This document shows positions 57,965-64,000 of a stretch of DNA of 64,000 nt, in pieces. The stretch is taken from the NCBI GenBank assembly GCA_903827975.1, contig CAIKKG010000001.1:26175-90174 (forward strand). The letters are read 5' to 3'. Source of the stretch: an uncultured bacterium (GTDB lineage Bacteria; Patescibacteriota; Minisyncoccia; UBA6257; GWB1-50-10). The position numbers and the translations under genes are program-made. Position 1 is the first letter of the stretch. Each line of letters begins with the position of its first letter. The notes below the pieces were generated by a model. It saw only the letters and a list, made by a program, of their open reading frames with translations, did not search any database and had not been told where the DNA came from.

Positions 57965-57991
57965 TACCCCGGAGAATATCCGGGGTTTTTA
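57965..57991 (+). terminator. rho-independent terminator (CCCCGGA-GAATA-TCCGGGG followed by T5)
   Basis: Perfect 7 bp stem and T-run immediately before the rpsP promoter. Confidence 0.6.
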
Positions 57992-58020
57992 GTTGACAAT
58001 ATTTCGTATAGCATTTAATC
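57992..58020 (+). promoter_or_regulatory. promoter of the rpsP-KH-trmD operon (TTGACA-17-TAATCT)
   Basis: Consensus -35 and an acceptable -10 about 12 bp upstream of the rpsP RBS. Confidence 0.45.
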
Positions 58021-58031
58021 TGTAGAAGATT

Positions 58032-58316
58032 ATGTTAGCTATAAAACTTAAACGAGTAGGAAAAAAGGGGCAGGCAACATTTAGAGTTGTTGTAAACGAA
58101 AAGCGCTCAAAGGTTCAGGGTAAATTTAATGATGACCTTGGATGGTATAACCCACACACAAATGAGGTTAAATTAGACGCAGTAAAAGCTGCTGATTGGA
58201 TGAAAAAAGGCGCACAGCCGACAGAGACGGTGCACAATCTTTTAGTACGAACAGGAGCCATTAAAGAGCATAAGGTTGCACTACATGTGAAACCTGTTAA
58301 GGCGAAAAAGAAATAG
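58032..58316 (+). CDS. rpsP: 30S ribosomal protein S16
   Basis: MLAIKLKRVGKKGQATFRVVV matches the S16 N-terminus. Confidence 0.9.
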   Translation: MLAIKLKRVGKKGQATFRVVVNEKRSKVQGKFNDDLGWYNPHTNEVKLDAVKAADWMKKGAQPTETVHNLLVRTGAIKEHKVALHVKPVKAKKK

Positions 58317-58361
58317 TAGTTTTGTATAATAAATTAATAAGAAAGGTCGGGAACACAGAAA

Positions 58362-58664
58362 TTGATTTTACGAACGAATATGGTATCTGACCAAGAATTT
58401 TTGGAAAAATTGGTGAAGGCAATCGTTGACCATCAGGATGATGTGAAAATTGACCGAAAGGTTGATGAGATGGGTGTTTTACTCACTCTTCATGTTAATG
58501 CCGCAGATATGGGTCAGGTTGTTGGTCGCCAGGGCGTGACAGCGAAAGCTATTCGCACACTTCTCAGAATTATCGGAGTAAAAAATAATGCTCGAGTGAA
58601 TTTGAAGATTGAAGAGCCAGAAGGTTCAACAAGAGGCGAACACAGAGCAGAGCCAGTAGTATAA
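58362..58664 (+). CDS. KH-domain RNA-binding protein (KhpA/YlqC-like, UPF0109)
   Basis: GxxG KH loop (VVGRQGVTAKAIRTLLRI); conserved position after rpsP. Confidence 0.7.
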   Translation: MILRTNMVSDQEFLEKLVKAIVDHQDDVKIDRKVDEMGVLLTLHVNAADMGQVVGRQGVTAKAIRTLLRIIGVKNNARVNLKIEEPEGSTRGEHRAEPVV

Positions 58665-58736
58665 TTAATTAAAACTCCGTCATAGAAATATGGCGGTGTT
58701 TTTGTTTTGATGCTACGATTGTGTTTAAGAAGATAT

Positions 58737-59393
58737 ATGAAAAAGTTTCACGTCATATCACTATTTCCAGAGTCACTTGAGTCTTATATAAACGCCTCAA
58801 TAATAGGACGGGCTATAAAAAGTAAATTAATCGCAATAAATCCTATTGCGCTTCGTCCATTTGGCATCGGAAAGCACAAAGTAACAGATGAACCTCCTTA
58901 TGGCGGTGGTCCAGGCATGGTTATGAAAGTTGAGCCAATTTACGCGGCACATAAAAAAGTACTAAGTAAAATTAAAAGTGGTAAGACCAGAACTATTTTA
59001 TTTTCAACACGCGGAAAGGTATTTACTAATACTGACGCAAAGCGTCTTTCAAAATACGATAATATAATTTTAATTTGCGGACGGTATGAGGGTGTGGATG
59101 AGCGCGTCGCTGACTATATAGCAGATGAGGAGGTATCAATCGGAGACTTTGTGCTTTCGGGAGGTGAGCTTCCAGCACTCGTTCTAATTGATGCAATTTC
59201 ACGCCAGATTCCCGGGGTTCTTGGGAAAACTGATTCACTCGAGGAGATTAAAGGTTCATACCCAGTATATACAAAGCCTGCTGAATTCACGCTTAATCTT
59301 CCTGGAAAGAAGAAAAAGGTCTGGAAGGTTCCTGATGTTCTCCAGTCTGGAAATCATAAGCTAATAGAGGAGTGGCGCTCTGGTAATGCATAG
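58737..59393 (+). CDS. trmD: tRNA (guanine37-N1)-methyltransferase
   Basis: SPOUT/TrmD motifs (FHVISLFPE...PYGGGPGMVM...ICGRYEGVDERV). rimM is absent between the KH gene and trmD. Confidence 0.85.
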   Translation: MKKFHVISLFPESLESYINASIIGRAIKSKLIAINPIALRPFGIGKHKVTDEPPYGGGPGMVMKVEPIYAAHKKVLSKIKSGKTRTILFSTRGKVFTNTDAKRLSKYDNIILICGRYEGVDERVADYIADEEVSIGDFVLSGGELPALVLIDAISRQIPGVLGKTDSLEEIKGSYPVYTKPAEFTLNLPGKKKKVWKVPDVLQSGNHKLIEEWRSGNA

Positions 59394-59515
59394 GGTATTG
59401 GCATACCAAAAGAACTAGGAATATGGGTGATGGGGTTAGTTAATAAGGGGTTTACAAAATAATCGTTATTGTATACAGTAGAACGTGGACAAAACATATG
59501 ACCAAAGAAAAGGAA

Positions 59516-60226
59516 ATGACTAGTGAAATAGTGTCAGAACTCGTATCAGCCGGCGTTATCGCGGGCCATAAGCGTTCAAAGACACATCCAAAGATGAAAC
59601 CGTTTATCGCGTTGAACCGCAACGAGATAGATTTTTTGGATCCTGATTCAACAATCTCAAGCATCGATGATGCTGTAGAGTTTATTGCAGGAAGACTCGG
59701 CCCAGAAGATTTTATGTTGTGTATTGGAACAACTGTTCCTGCACGCGAAACACTTCTTGCGTTTGCTGAGCACTTTCAGTTCCCATATGTTATTACAAGA
59801 TGGCTTGGTGGAACACTAACAAACTTCAAGGTCATTAATGACAGAATGAAGTATTATGTTGATCTAAAAGCAAAGAAAGAGAAGGGTGAGTTAGATAAGT
59901 ATACAAAGAAAGAACAGCTTAAGTTTTCCGAAAAGATTATAAAGCTTTCAGTATCGTTTGATGGTTTGTTAAAAATGACAAAACTTCCTGCGATTGTATT
60001 CGTTATCGACCCAGCAGTAAACGACACAGTAGTTAAGGAGGCAAAACTTTTGAAGATTCCTGTAGTAGCAATCCTTGATACGAACGATAATCCTAAGGAA
60101 ATAAACAAACCGATTTTTGCCAACGATCACACAAAGCAAAGCATCGAGTGGGTAATGAATAAGATAAAGACTGGTGTTGATGCTGCAAAGATTGAGATGA
60201 TGAAGAAGGAGACGGTTATCAAATAA
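59516..60226 (+). CDS. rpsB: 30S ribosomal protein S2
   Basis: LVSAGVIAGHKRSKTHPKM matches the S2 N-terminal signature; AAAGGAA RBS before the ATG at 59516. The ORF track start at 59498 is an in-frame extension. Confidence 0.9.
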   Translation: MTSEIVSELVSAGVIAGHKRSKTHPKMKPFIALNRNEIDFLDPDSTISSIDDAVEFIAGRLGPEDFMLCIGTTVPARETLLAFAEHFQFPYVITRWLGGTLTNFKVINDRMKYYVDLKAKKEKGELDKYTKKEQLKFSEKIIKLSVSFDGLLKMTKLPAIVFVIDPAVNDTVVKEAKLLKIPVVAILDTNDNPKEINKPIFANDHTKQSIEWVMNKIKTGVDAAKIEMMKKETVIK

Positions 60227-60248
60227 ATAATATTTTAAATATACATAT

Positions 60249-60689
60249 ATGAGCGACGACATTAAGAAGTTGCGTGAGATGACGGGCGTAGGTGTCATGG
60301 AGTGCAAGAAAGCACTTGATGACGCAGGAGGCGATTTTGATAAGGCAATAGCACTTATTAACGAGAGAGGTATTGCAAGAGCTGATTCAAAAGCACACAG
60401 AACTGCAGGCGCAGGAATGTTGAAGTCATATATTCACAACGGACGCGTAGCAGTCTTGCTACAGATTCACGCAGAGACAGATTTCGTTTTGAAATCAGAT
60501 CCTTTCCAGGAACTAGCACATGATGTAGCAATGCATATTGCTGCAATGAATCCGGATTCAGTGGAAACTCTTCTTACTCAGCCATTCGTAAAGAATGAGT
60601 CAGTTGTCATTGGTGATCTTATAAAAGGCGTAACAGCAAAAGTAGGTGAGAATATTAAGGTAGAGCGTTTCTGCAGATACGAAGTATAA
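60249..60689 (+). CDS. tsf: elongation factor Ts (short single-core form, 146 aa)
   Basis: UBA-like N-terminus (LREMTGVGVMECKKALDDAGGDFDKAIALI) and a single dimerisation core. Confidence 0.8.
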   Translation: MSDDIKKLREMTGVGVMECKKALDDAGGDFDKAIALINERGIARADSKAHRTAGAGMLKSYIHNGRVAVLLQIHAETDFVLKSDPFQELAHDVAMHIAAMNPDSVETLLTQPFVKNESVVIGDLIKGVTAKVGENIKVERFCRYEV

Positions 60690-60711
60690 TTATTCGTAAA
60701 AATTACGAGGC

Positions 60712-61038
60712 ATGTTCACATTTCTTCTCCAAATTACAATGGTGGTATGTCTCGGTTTTATAGTGTATCTTTTTGGCAGGGTAGTGCCGCGTATTAGCGA
60801 CGCGGATATTGAAAAAGCAAAAGAGCAATCACTATTCCATTGGCTTGTTGGTTATTTCGAACAGGTTGATGTATGGCTTCTCGGGCTTTTCGAAAAGTTC
60901 TTGAGGAGATTTCACGTAGCAATTTTGAAAGTTGATAATGTTGTTACAAAGAAACTTGGACGTTTTAGAAGAGATGCAGATAAGCAGACAGGGTTTGCAG
61001 TTGAGGAGAAGAAGGAGGAAGAGGCTAGTGATAAGTAA
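60712..61038 (+). CDS. hypothetical membrane-anchored protein with an acidic C-terminus
   Basis: N-terminal transmembrane helix; no recognisable motifs. Confidence 0.35.
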   Translation: MFTFLLQITMVVCLGFIVYLFGRVVPRISDADIEKAKEQSLFHWLVGYFEQVDVWLLGLFEKFLRRFHVAILKVDNVVTKKLGRFRRDADKQTGFAVEEKKEEEASDK

Positions 61039-61142
61039 CTAGGAATTGTATAGCGCATACAACTCGTGGTATTGTTGCAGAAGTAAGATTTTTAAAAAAT
61101 ATGCGCAGCCACCGCCTATGGCGGGGTCTCGTCAGAACGAGA

Positions 61143-61192
61143 GTGACAGAGTGGTCAATTGTACCCCGCTGTAAGCGGGGCGCCTTCGAAGG
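61143..61192 (+). other. tRNA-Tyr-like partial element: D-arm identical to the downstream tRNA-Tyr, an anticodon arm with different stem sequence but preserved pairing and GTA anticodon, and a variable-arm-like hairpin; no T-arm or acceptor 3' half
   Basis: GTGACAGAGTGGTCAATTGTA is 21/21 identical to 61441-61461; the stem CCCCG/CGGGG replaces ATAGA/TCTAT around the loop CTGTAAG; CGCCTTCGAAGG resembles the CGCCTTCGGGC variable arm. Confidence 0.5.
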
Positions 61193-61195
61193 AAT

Positions 61196-61444
61196 ATGTG
61201 GTTTGTCTACATTTTAAAAAGTTTGAAGGATGGGCGATATTATATCGGATCAACTTCCGATATTGAAAAGCGAGTAGAGCGCCATAATCATGGGGGTAAC
61301 GTTTCTACAAAAAATCGTAGACCACTTGAATTAGTTTATTTTGAATCATACAATACACGTGTAGATGCTACTCATCGCGAGAGAGTAATAAAGAGCTACA
61401 AAGGCGGCGAGGCGTTTGGCAAATTAGTTAATATGCGCAGGTGA
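61196..61444 (+). CDS. small GIY-YIG nuclease-superfamily protein (UPF0213/YhbQ-like)
   Basis: FVYILKS...GRYYIGSTSDIEKRVERHN matches GIY-x10-YIG plus the conserved Arg and Glu; 82 aa; the stop overlaps the first 10 nt of tRNA-Tyr. Confidence 0.75.
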   Translation: MWFVYILKSLKDGRYYIGSTSDIEKRVERHNHGGNVSTKNRRPLELVYFESYNTRVDATHRERVIKSYKGGEAFGKLVNMRR

Positions 61445-61517
61445 CAGAGTGGTCAATTGTAATAGACTGTAAATCTATCGCCTTCGGGCTACGGAGGTTC
61501 GAATCCTCCCCTGCGCA
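61435..61517 (+). tRNA. tRNA-Tyr (anticodon GTA), type II with a long variable arm
   Basis: GCGCAGG-TG-ACAG-AGTGGTCAA-TTGT-A-ATAGA-CT-GTA-AA-TCTAT-CGCCTTCGGGCTAC-GGAGG-TTCGAAT-CCTCC-CCTGCGC-A. Confidence 0.85.
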
Positions 61518-61526
61518 CAAATATAA

Positions 61527-61556
61527 TAAAAACTTCCTAATCAGGAAGTTTTTATT
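61527..61556 (+). terminator. terminator after tRNA-Tyr (ACTTCCT-AATC-AGGAAGT followed by T5)
   Basis: Perfect 7 bp stem with A5 upstream and a T-run downstream. Confidence 0.55.
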
Positions 61557-61638
61557 ATATCTAGTATTGGAGGATTCGAACCGCGGGCCGCAGTCCCCGA
61601 AGAGGGGACGCAGGTTTCGAGTTCAGTAGAACGAGAGG

Positions 61639-61670
61639 CGAATCCTCCCCTGCGCACAAATGTAATAAAA
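61639..61670 (+). repeat. direct repeat of the tRNA-Tyr 3' end plus trailer (CGAATCCTCCCCTGCGCACAAAT[A/G]TAATAAAA; 31/32 identical to 61500-61531)
   Basis: Exact 23 bp core repeated 139 bp downstream of the original. Confidence 0.6.
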
Positions 61671-61695
61671 CCCCCGCGAAAGCGGGGGTTTGTTA
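61665..61695. terminator. bidirectional terminator (CCCCCGC-GAAA-GCGGGGG)
   Basis: Perfect 7 bp GC hairpin flanked by an A-run and a T-rich run; serves the convergent GH1 gene and the tRNA region. Confidence 0.6.
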
Positions 61696-61704
61696 TTAAA
61701 TAAA

Positions 61705-63093
61705 CTATTTATAATCATTCAGCATTTTTTCCGTAACGCCATTTGCACTAATAATGTCACGATAGAGATATGCGGATTTGCGCACCGTCCGCACATTCGT
61801 GCGAGTATTAACGGCAATCAATCCGAATGCTGAGACATGGAACTTCTCCCACTCGAAATTATCTGCAAGCGTCCAGTAGAAGTAACCAATAATTGGTGAT
61901 GCAGTATTTTTCAACTCTTCGGATACCACATGTAGTTCACGAAGGTGATCAATAATGAATTTGCCACGCAACTTATCGGTTCGGTCACCAATTCCATTTT
62001 CAGTAATGATGATTGGTTTACCGTACTTCTTATATCGCATTGCAAGAAGGCGAATTCCCTCAGGGAAGACAACCATGCCTTCCTCCGTGACTTTTCCTTT
62101 CGGTCTGTGATATGAGGCCGCTATTGGCATGTTATTGCGCCCAGGAGCTATCTCACTATATGCGACGACGCACGGACTGTAATAATTAATTCCGATATAT
62201 TCGACGTGATCACAAAGCGCATCCATCATTGCCCGCCCCTTGGCATCAAGAAGCTCAGCAACACGAACGTCATCGCGATCATTACTATTGCGTGGAATAT
62301 ATAGATGGTCAAAATATGCTACACCAACCTCAGGCTTTATGAACGCAGTATTTAACTCTCGATGAATTTCCTTATAGGCAAGCTTATGAGCGCGAATAAT
62401 ATTCCACTCGGCTCGATTTGCTCCAGCAATGTCCATTTTCTTAAGTGGAGGCCAGAGCCCATTCAGATATCCCATCTCAATAGGAACCATAGGCTCATTG
62501 AATGTCATCCACCGTTTAATTTTTAAAGGGCGCATTTTTGCGGCAACTCGTTTTGCATATATAGAGAAAAGAGCGGGGAAATTTTCGCTTTCAAGTCCAC
62601 CCTTATCAGCAACCCATTTTGGTATGGTAAGGTGATGAAGGTTTATGAGTGGTCGTATTTTCTGACTCTCAATTTCTAAAGCAAGATCATAATAGCGACT
62701 AAGTTCCTTCTCATCCCACAAGCCTTCCTGTGGCTCTACGCGAGCCCACTCAATAGAAAAGCGTAACTCTTGAATTCCAATTTCTCTTGCATGCTTAATG
62801 TCTTCTTTTGTGAGACCTGGGTGAGTGGGGTGAGATTTTTTGTACTTACTCCAAGCATCCCAGTCAGTTTTTCCATTTCCGCCGTCAGTCTGGAATGCAG
62901 ATGTGGCGACACCCCAGGTAAAATTCTCAGAGAAAATAAGATCGTTTTTTGAAGCTTTGTTTTCACGCACCGAGATATTTGGAAGTGATTTAGTAGAATT
63001 GACGCGGCTATGAGAGGGACAATATTTCAGAGGAATAAGAAGAACAAGAACAAGCAAAAGAAAGTGCACTCTTGAGCGGTTGAAGAATTTCAT
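61705..63093 (-). CDS. secreted glycoside hydrolase family 1 enzyme (beta-glucosidase/beta-galactosidase-like)
   Basis: N-terminal signal peptide; GH1 motifs ENFTWGVATSAFQTDGG, catalytic acid/base TFNEP and nucleophile IITENG. Confidence 0.8.
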   Translation of the reverse strand: MKFFNRSRVHFLLLVLVLLIPLKYCPSHSRVNSTKSLPNISVRENKASKNDLIFSENFTWGVATSAFQTDGGNGKTDWDAWSKYKKSHPTHPGLTKEDIKHAREIGIQELRFSIEWARVEPQEGLWDEKELSRYYDLALEIESQKIRPLINLHHLTIPKWVADKGGLESENFPALFSIYAKRVAAKMRPLKIKRWMTFNEPMVPIEMGYLNGLWPPLKKMDIAGANRAEWNIIRAHKLAYKEIHRELNTAFIKPEVGVAYFDHLYIPRNSNDRDDVRVAELLDAKGRAMMDALCDHVEYIGINYYSPCVVAYSEIAPGRNNMPIAASYHRPKGKVTEEGMVVFPEGIRLLAMRYKKYGKPIIITENGIGDRTDKLRGKFIIDHLRELHVVSEELKNTASPIIGYFYWTLADNFEWEKFHVSAFGLIAVNTRTNVRTVRKSAYLYRDIISANGVTEKMLNDYK

Positions 63094-63288
63094 TTCTTCT
63101 CCTTTTTGTTTGAATGTTTTTTAGTTCTAGAAGTAGATTAATGATTGTATCGCATTTGGCGATAAAAAAGGTTGGTAAATATCTGACCATATATTAGGAT
63201 TTTGTGGAGAATACTTCAATGGGGTGTGGTATATTCTGAGTATTGCGGTGTTTGATAAAATTTGATAAATTTACCTATGTATTTACTT

Positions 63289-63360
63289 GCCACCTTAGCT
63301 CAGCGGTAGAGCAACGCTTTTGTAAAGCGTGGGTCCTCGGTTCAAATCCGAGAGGTGGCT
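63289..63360 (+). tRNA. tRNA-Thr (anticodon TGT)
   Basis: GCCACCT-TA-GCTC-AGCGGTA-GAGC-A-ACGCT-TT-TGT-AA-AGCGT-GGGTC-CTCGG-TTCAAAT-CCGAG-AGGTGGC-T. Confidence 0.85.
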
Positions 63361-63505
63361 CACTTAGATTTTGCCACACGTAGTGTTCGCAAAATAAAGT
63401 GCCCCGAAGAAGCGAAGCGTAAGCGGGGCATTGAAAGGATTTGAACCACTAATACTTGCTATTAACAGTACCGCATAAGAGGGTATAATTAGTTTGATAT
63501 ACATT

Positions 63506-64000
63506 ATGGAAAGACCAATAATCGAAGTAAAAAATCTCGTAAGAAAATTTGATGAATTAATAGCCGTGAACGACGTCTCATTCGATGTGAAGAAAGGTGA
63601 GATTTTTGCATTCCTAGGGCCAAACGGTGCGGGCAAGTCAACGACAATTAAAATACTTACGACACTACTTAATCCAACTTACGGAAGTGTAAGGGTAAAT
63701 GGATTCGATGTGGTGAATAATGAGGATGATGTACGTCATTCATTTGGAATCGTATTTCAGGATCCAAGCCTAGATGATGAACTTACCGCGTGGGAGAACA
63801 TGGAATTTCATGGCGTGCTTTATGGTGTTCCTAAGGCGATTAGAAATAGTAAAATCGAGGAGCTTATGAAGTTCGTCGAACTGTGGGACCGTAAAGACGA
63901 GATAGTAAAGAATTTTTCAGGAGGAATGAAGCGGCGCTTAGAAATCGCACGTGGACTTTTGCATCACCCAAAGATTTTATTTTTAGATGAACCAACGCTT
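63506..64000 (+). CDS. ABC transporter ATP-binding protein (3' end truncated at the window edge)
   Basis: Walker A GPNGAGKST, Q-loop, signature LSGGMKRRL variant (FSGGMKRRLEIA), Walker B ILFLDEPT; TATAAT 17 nt upstream of the ATG. Confidence 0.8.
   Translation, partial: MERPIIEVKNLVRKFDELIAVNDVSFDVKKGEIFAFLGPNGAGKSTTIKILTTLLNPTYGSVRVNGFDVVNNEDDVRHSFGIVFQDPSLDDELTAWENMEFHGVLYGVPKAIRNSKIEELMKFVELWDRKDEIVKNFSGGMKRRLEIARGLLHHPKILFLDEPTL

Noticed and set aside
63390-63432. GC hairpin (GCCCCG...CGGGGC) downstream of tRNA-Thr as a terminator
   Set aside because: It has no T-run on the plus strand, and on the minus strand it would terminate nothing nearby. It is also followed by a GGATTTGAACC tRNA-T-loop-like fragment. 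It is left as an unexplained hairpin rather than called.
63364-63636. 90 aa minus-strand ORF over the ABC-transporter promoter and start
   Set aside because: The strongly supported plus-strand ABC ATPase begins at 63506 in this region, so the antisense ORF is a shadow.
1-64000. CRISPR arrays, restriction-modification, toxin-antitoxin, integrase/transposase or other known defence/mobile genes
   Set aside because: No repeat-spacer arrays, no DNA methyltransferase motifs, no integrase/transposase-like ORFs and no small adjacent TA-like ORF pairs were seen. The only mobile-element-like signals are the tRNA-end direct repeats and the GIY-YIG gene, which are described in the findings.

Overview
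This 64 kb window is an AT-rich (about 36-38% GC) bacterial chromosomal segment that is almost entirely housekeeping, and I found no CRISPR array, restriction-modification system, toxin-antitoxin pair, integrase or transposase. The gene content points to a reduced-genome, Patescibacteria/CPR-like organism; this is inference from the short forms of several proteins (146 aa EF-Ts, 729 aa SMC, 567 aa Rel, ThrRS without the N-terminal domains) and the type IV pilin-like proteins.

Genes I can support from the sequence:
- Chromosome partitioning: parA and parB.
- Stress response: rel, lexA.
- Chaperones: groES-groEL, and an hrcA-grpE-dnaK-X-dnaJ operon with CIRCE operators.
- Cell shape: two mreB paralogs and an mreBCD-mrdA rod complex.
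- Cell division: a partial dcw cluster (mraZ-rsmH-ftsL-ftsI-murF) and a separate ftsQ-like gene.
- Replication and repair: holB, dnaE, gyrB, rnhB.
- Transcription: greA, nusG, nusB, rnc.
- Translation: frr, proS, lysS, serS, thrS, gatB, miaA, trmD, rplJ, rplL, rplK, rpmF, rpsP, rpsB, tsf, and a KhpA-like KH protein.
- Other: rseP, mntH, dedA, secE, tmk, smc, a GH1 beta-glucosidase, a partial ABC ATPase, and tRNA-Leu(CAA), Val(CAC), Glu(CTC), Tyr(GTA) and Thr(TGT).

The most unusual parts are these:
1. A 691 aa protein with a type IV prepilin N-terminus, three tandem about 82 aa YDG-type repeats and a C-terminal fibrinogen-related domain (motif CDMTTDGGGW), likely a pilus-tip adhesin.
2. Three tandem small membrane-protein genes, each with its own near-consensus promoter and hairpin terminator. 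The third is conspicuously GC-rich, as is a second small membrane gene at 46057-46437.
3. Partial direct copies of tRNA sequences next to tRNA-Glu and tRNA-Tyr. These include a tRNA-Tyr-like 5' fragment with compensatory anticodon-stem changes immediately upstream of a small GIY-YIG nuclease gene.
4. An uncharacterised 347 aa membrane protein inserted between dnaK and dnaJ under CIRCE control.
5. A 51-codon unannotated ORF with its own ribosome-binding site and terminator between smc and rpsP.
6. A candidate LexA operator (tandem TACGTA palindromes) overlapping a leaderless lexA promoter.

All identifications rest on reading the translated ORFs and the DNA by eye; no database searches were run.
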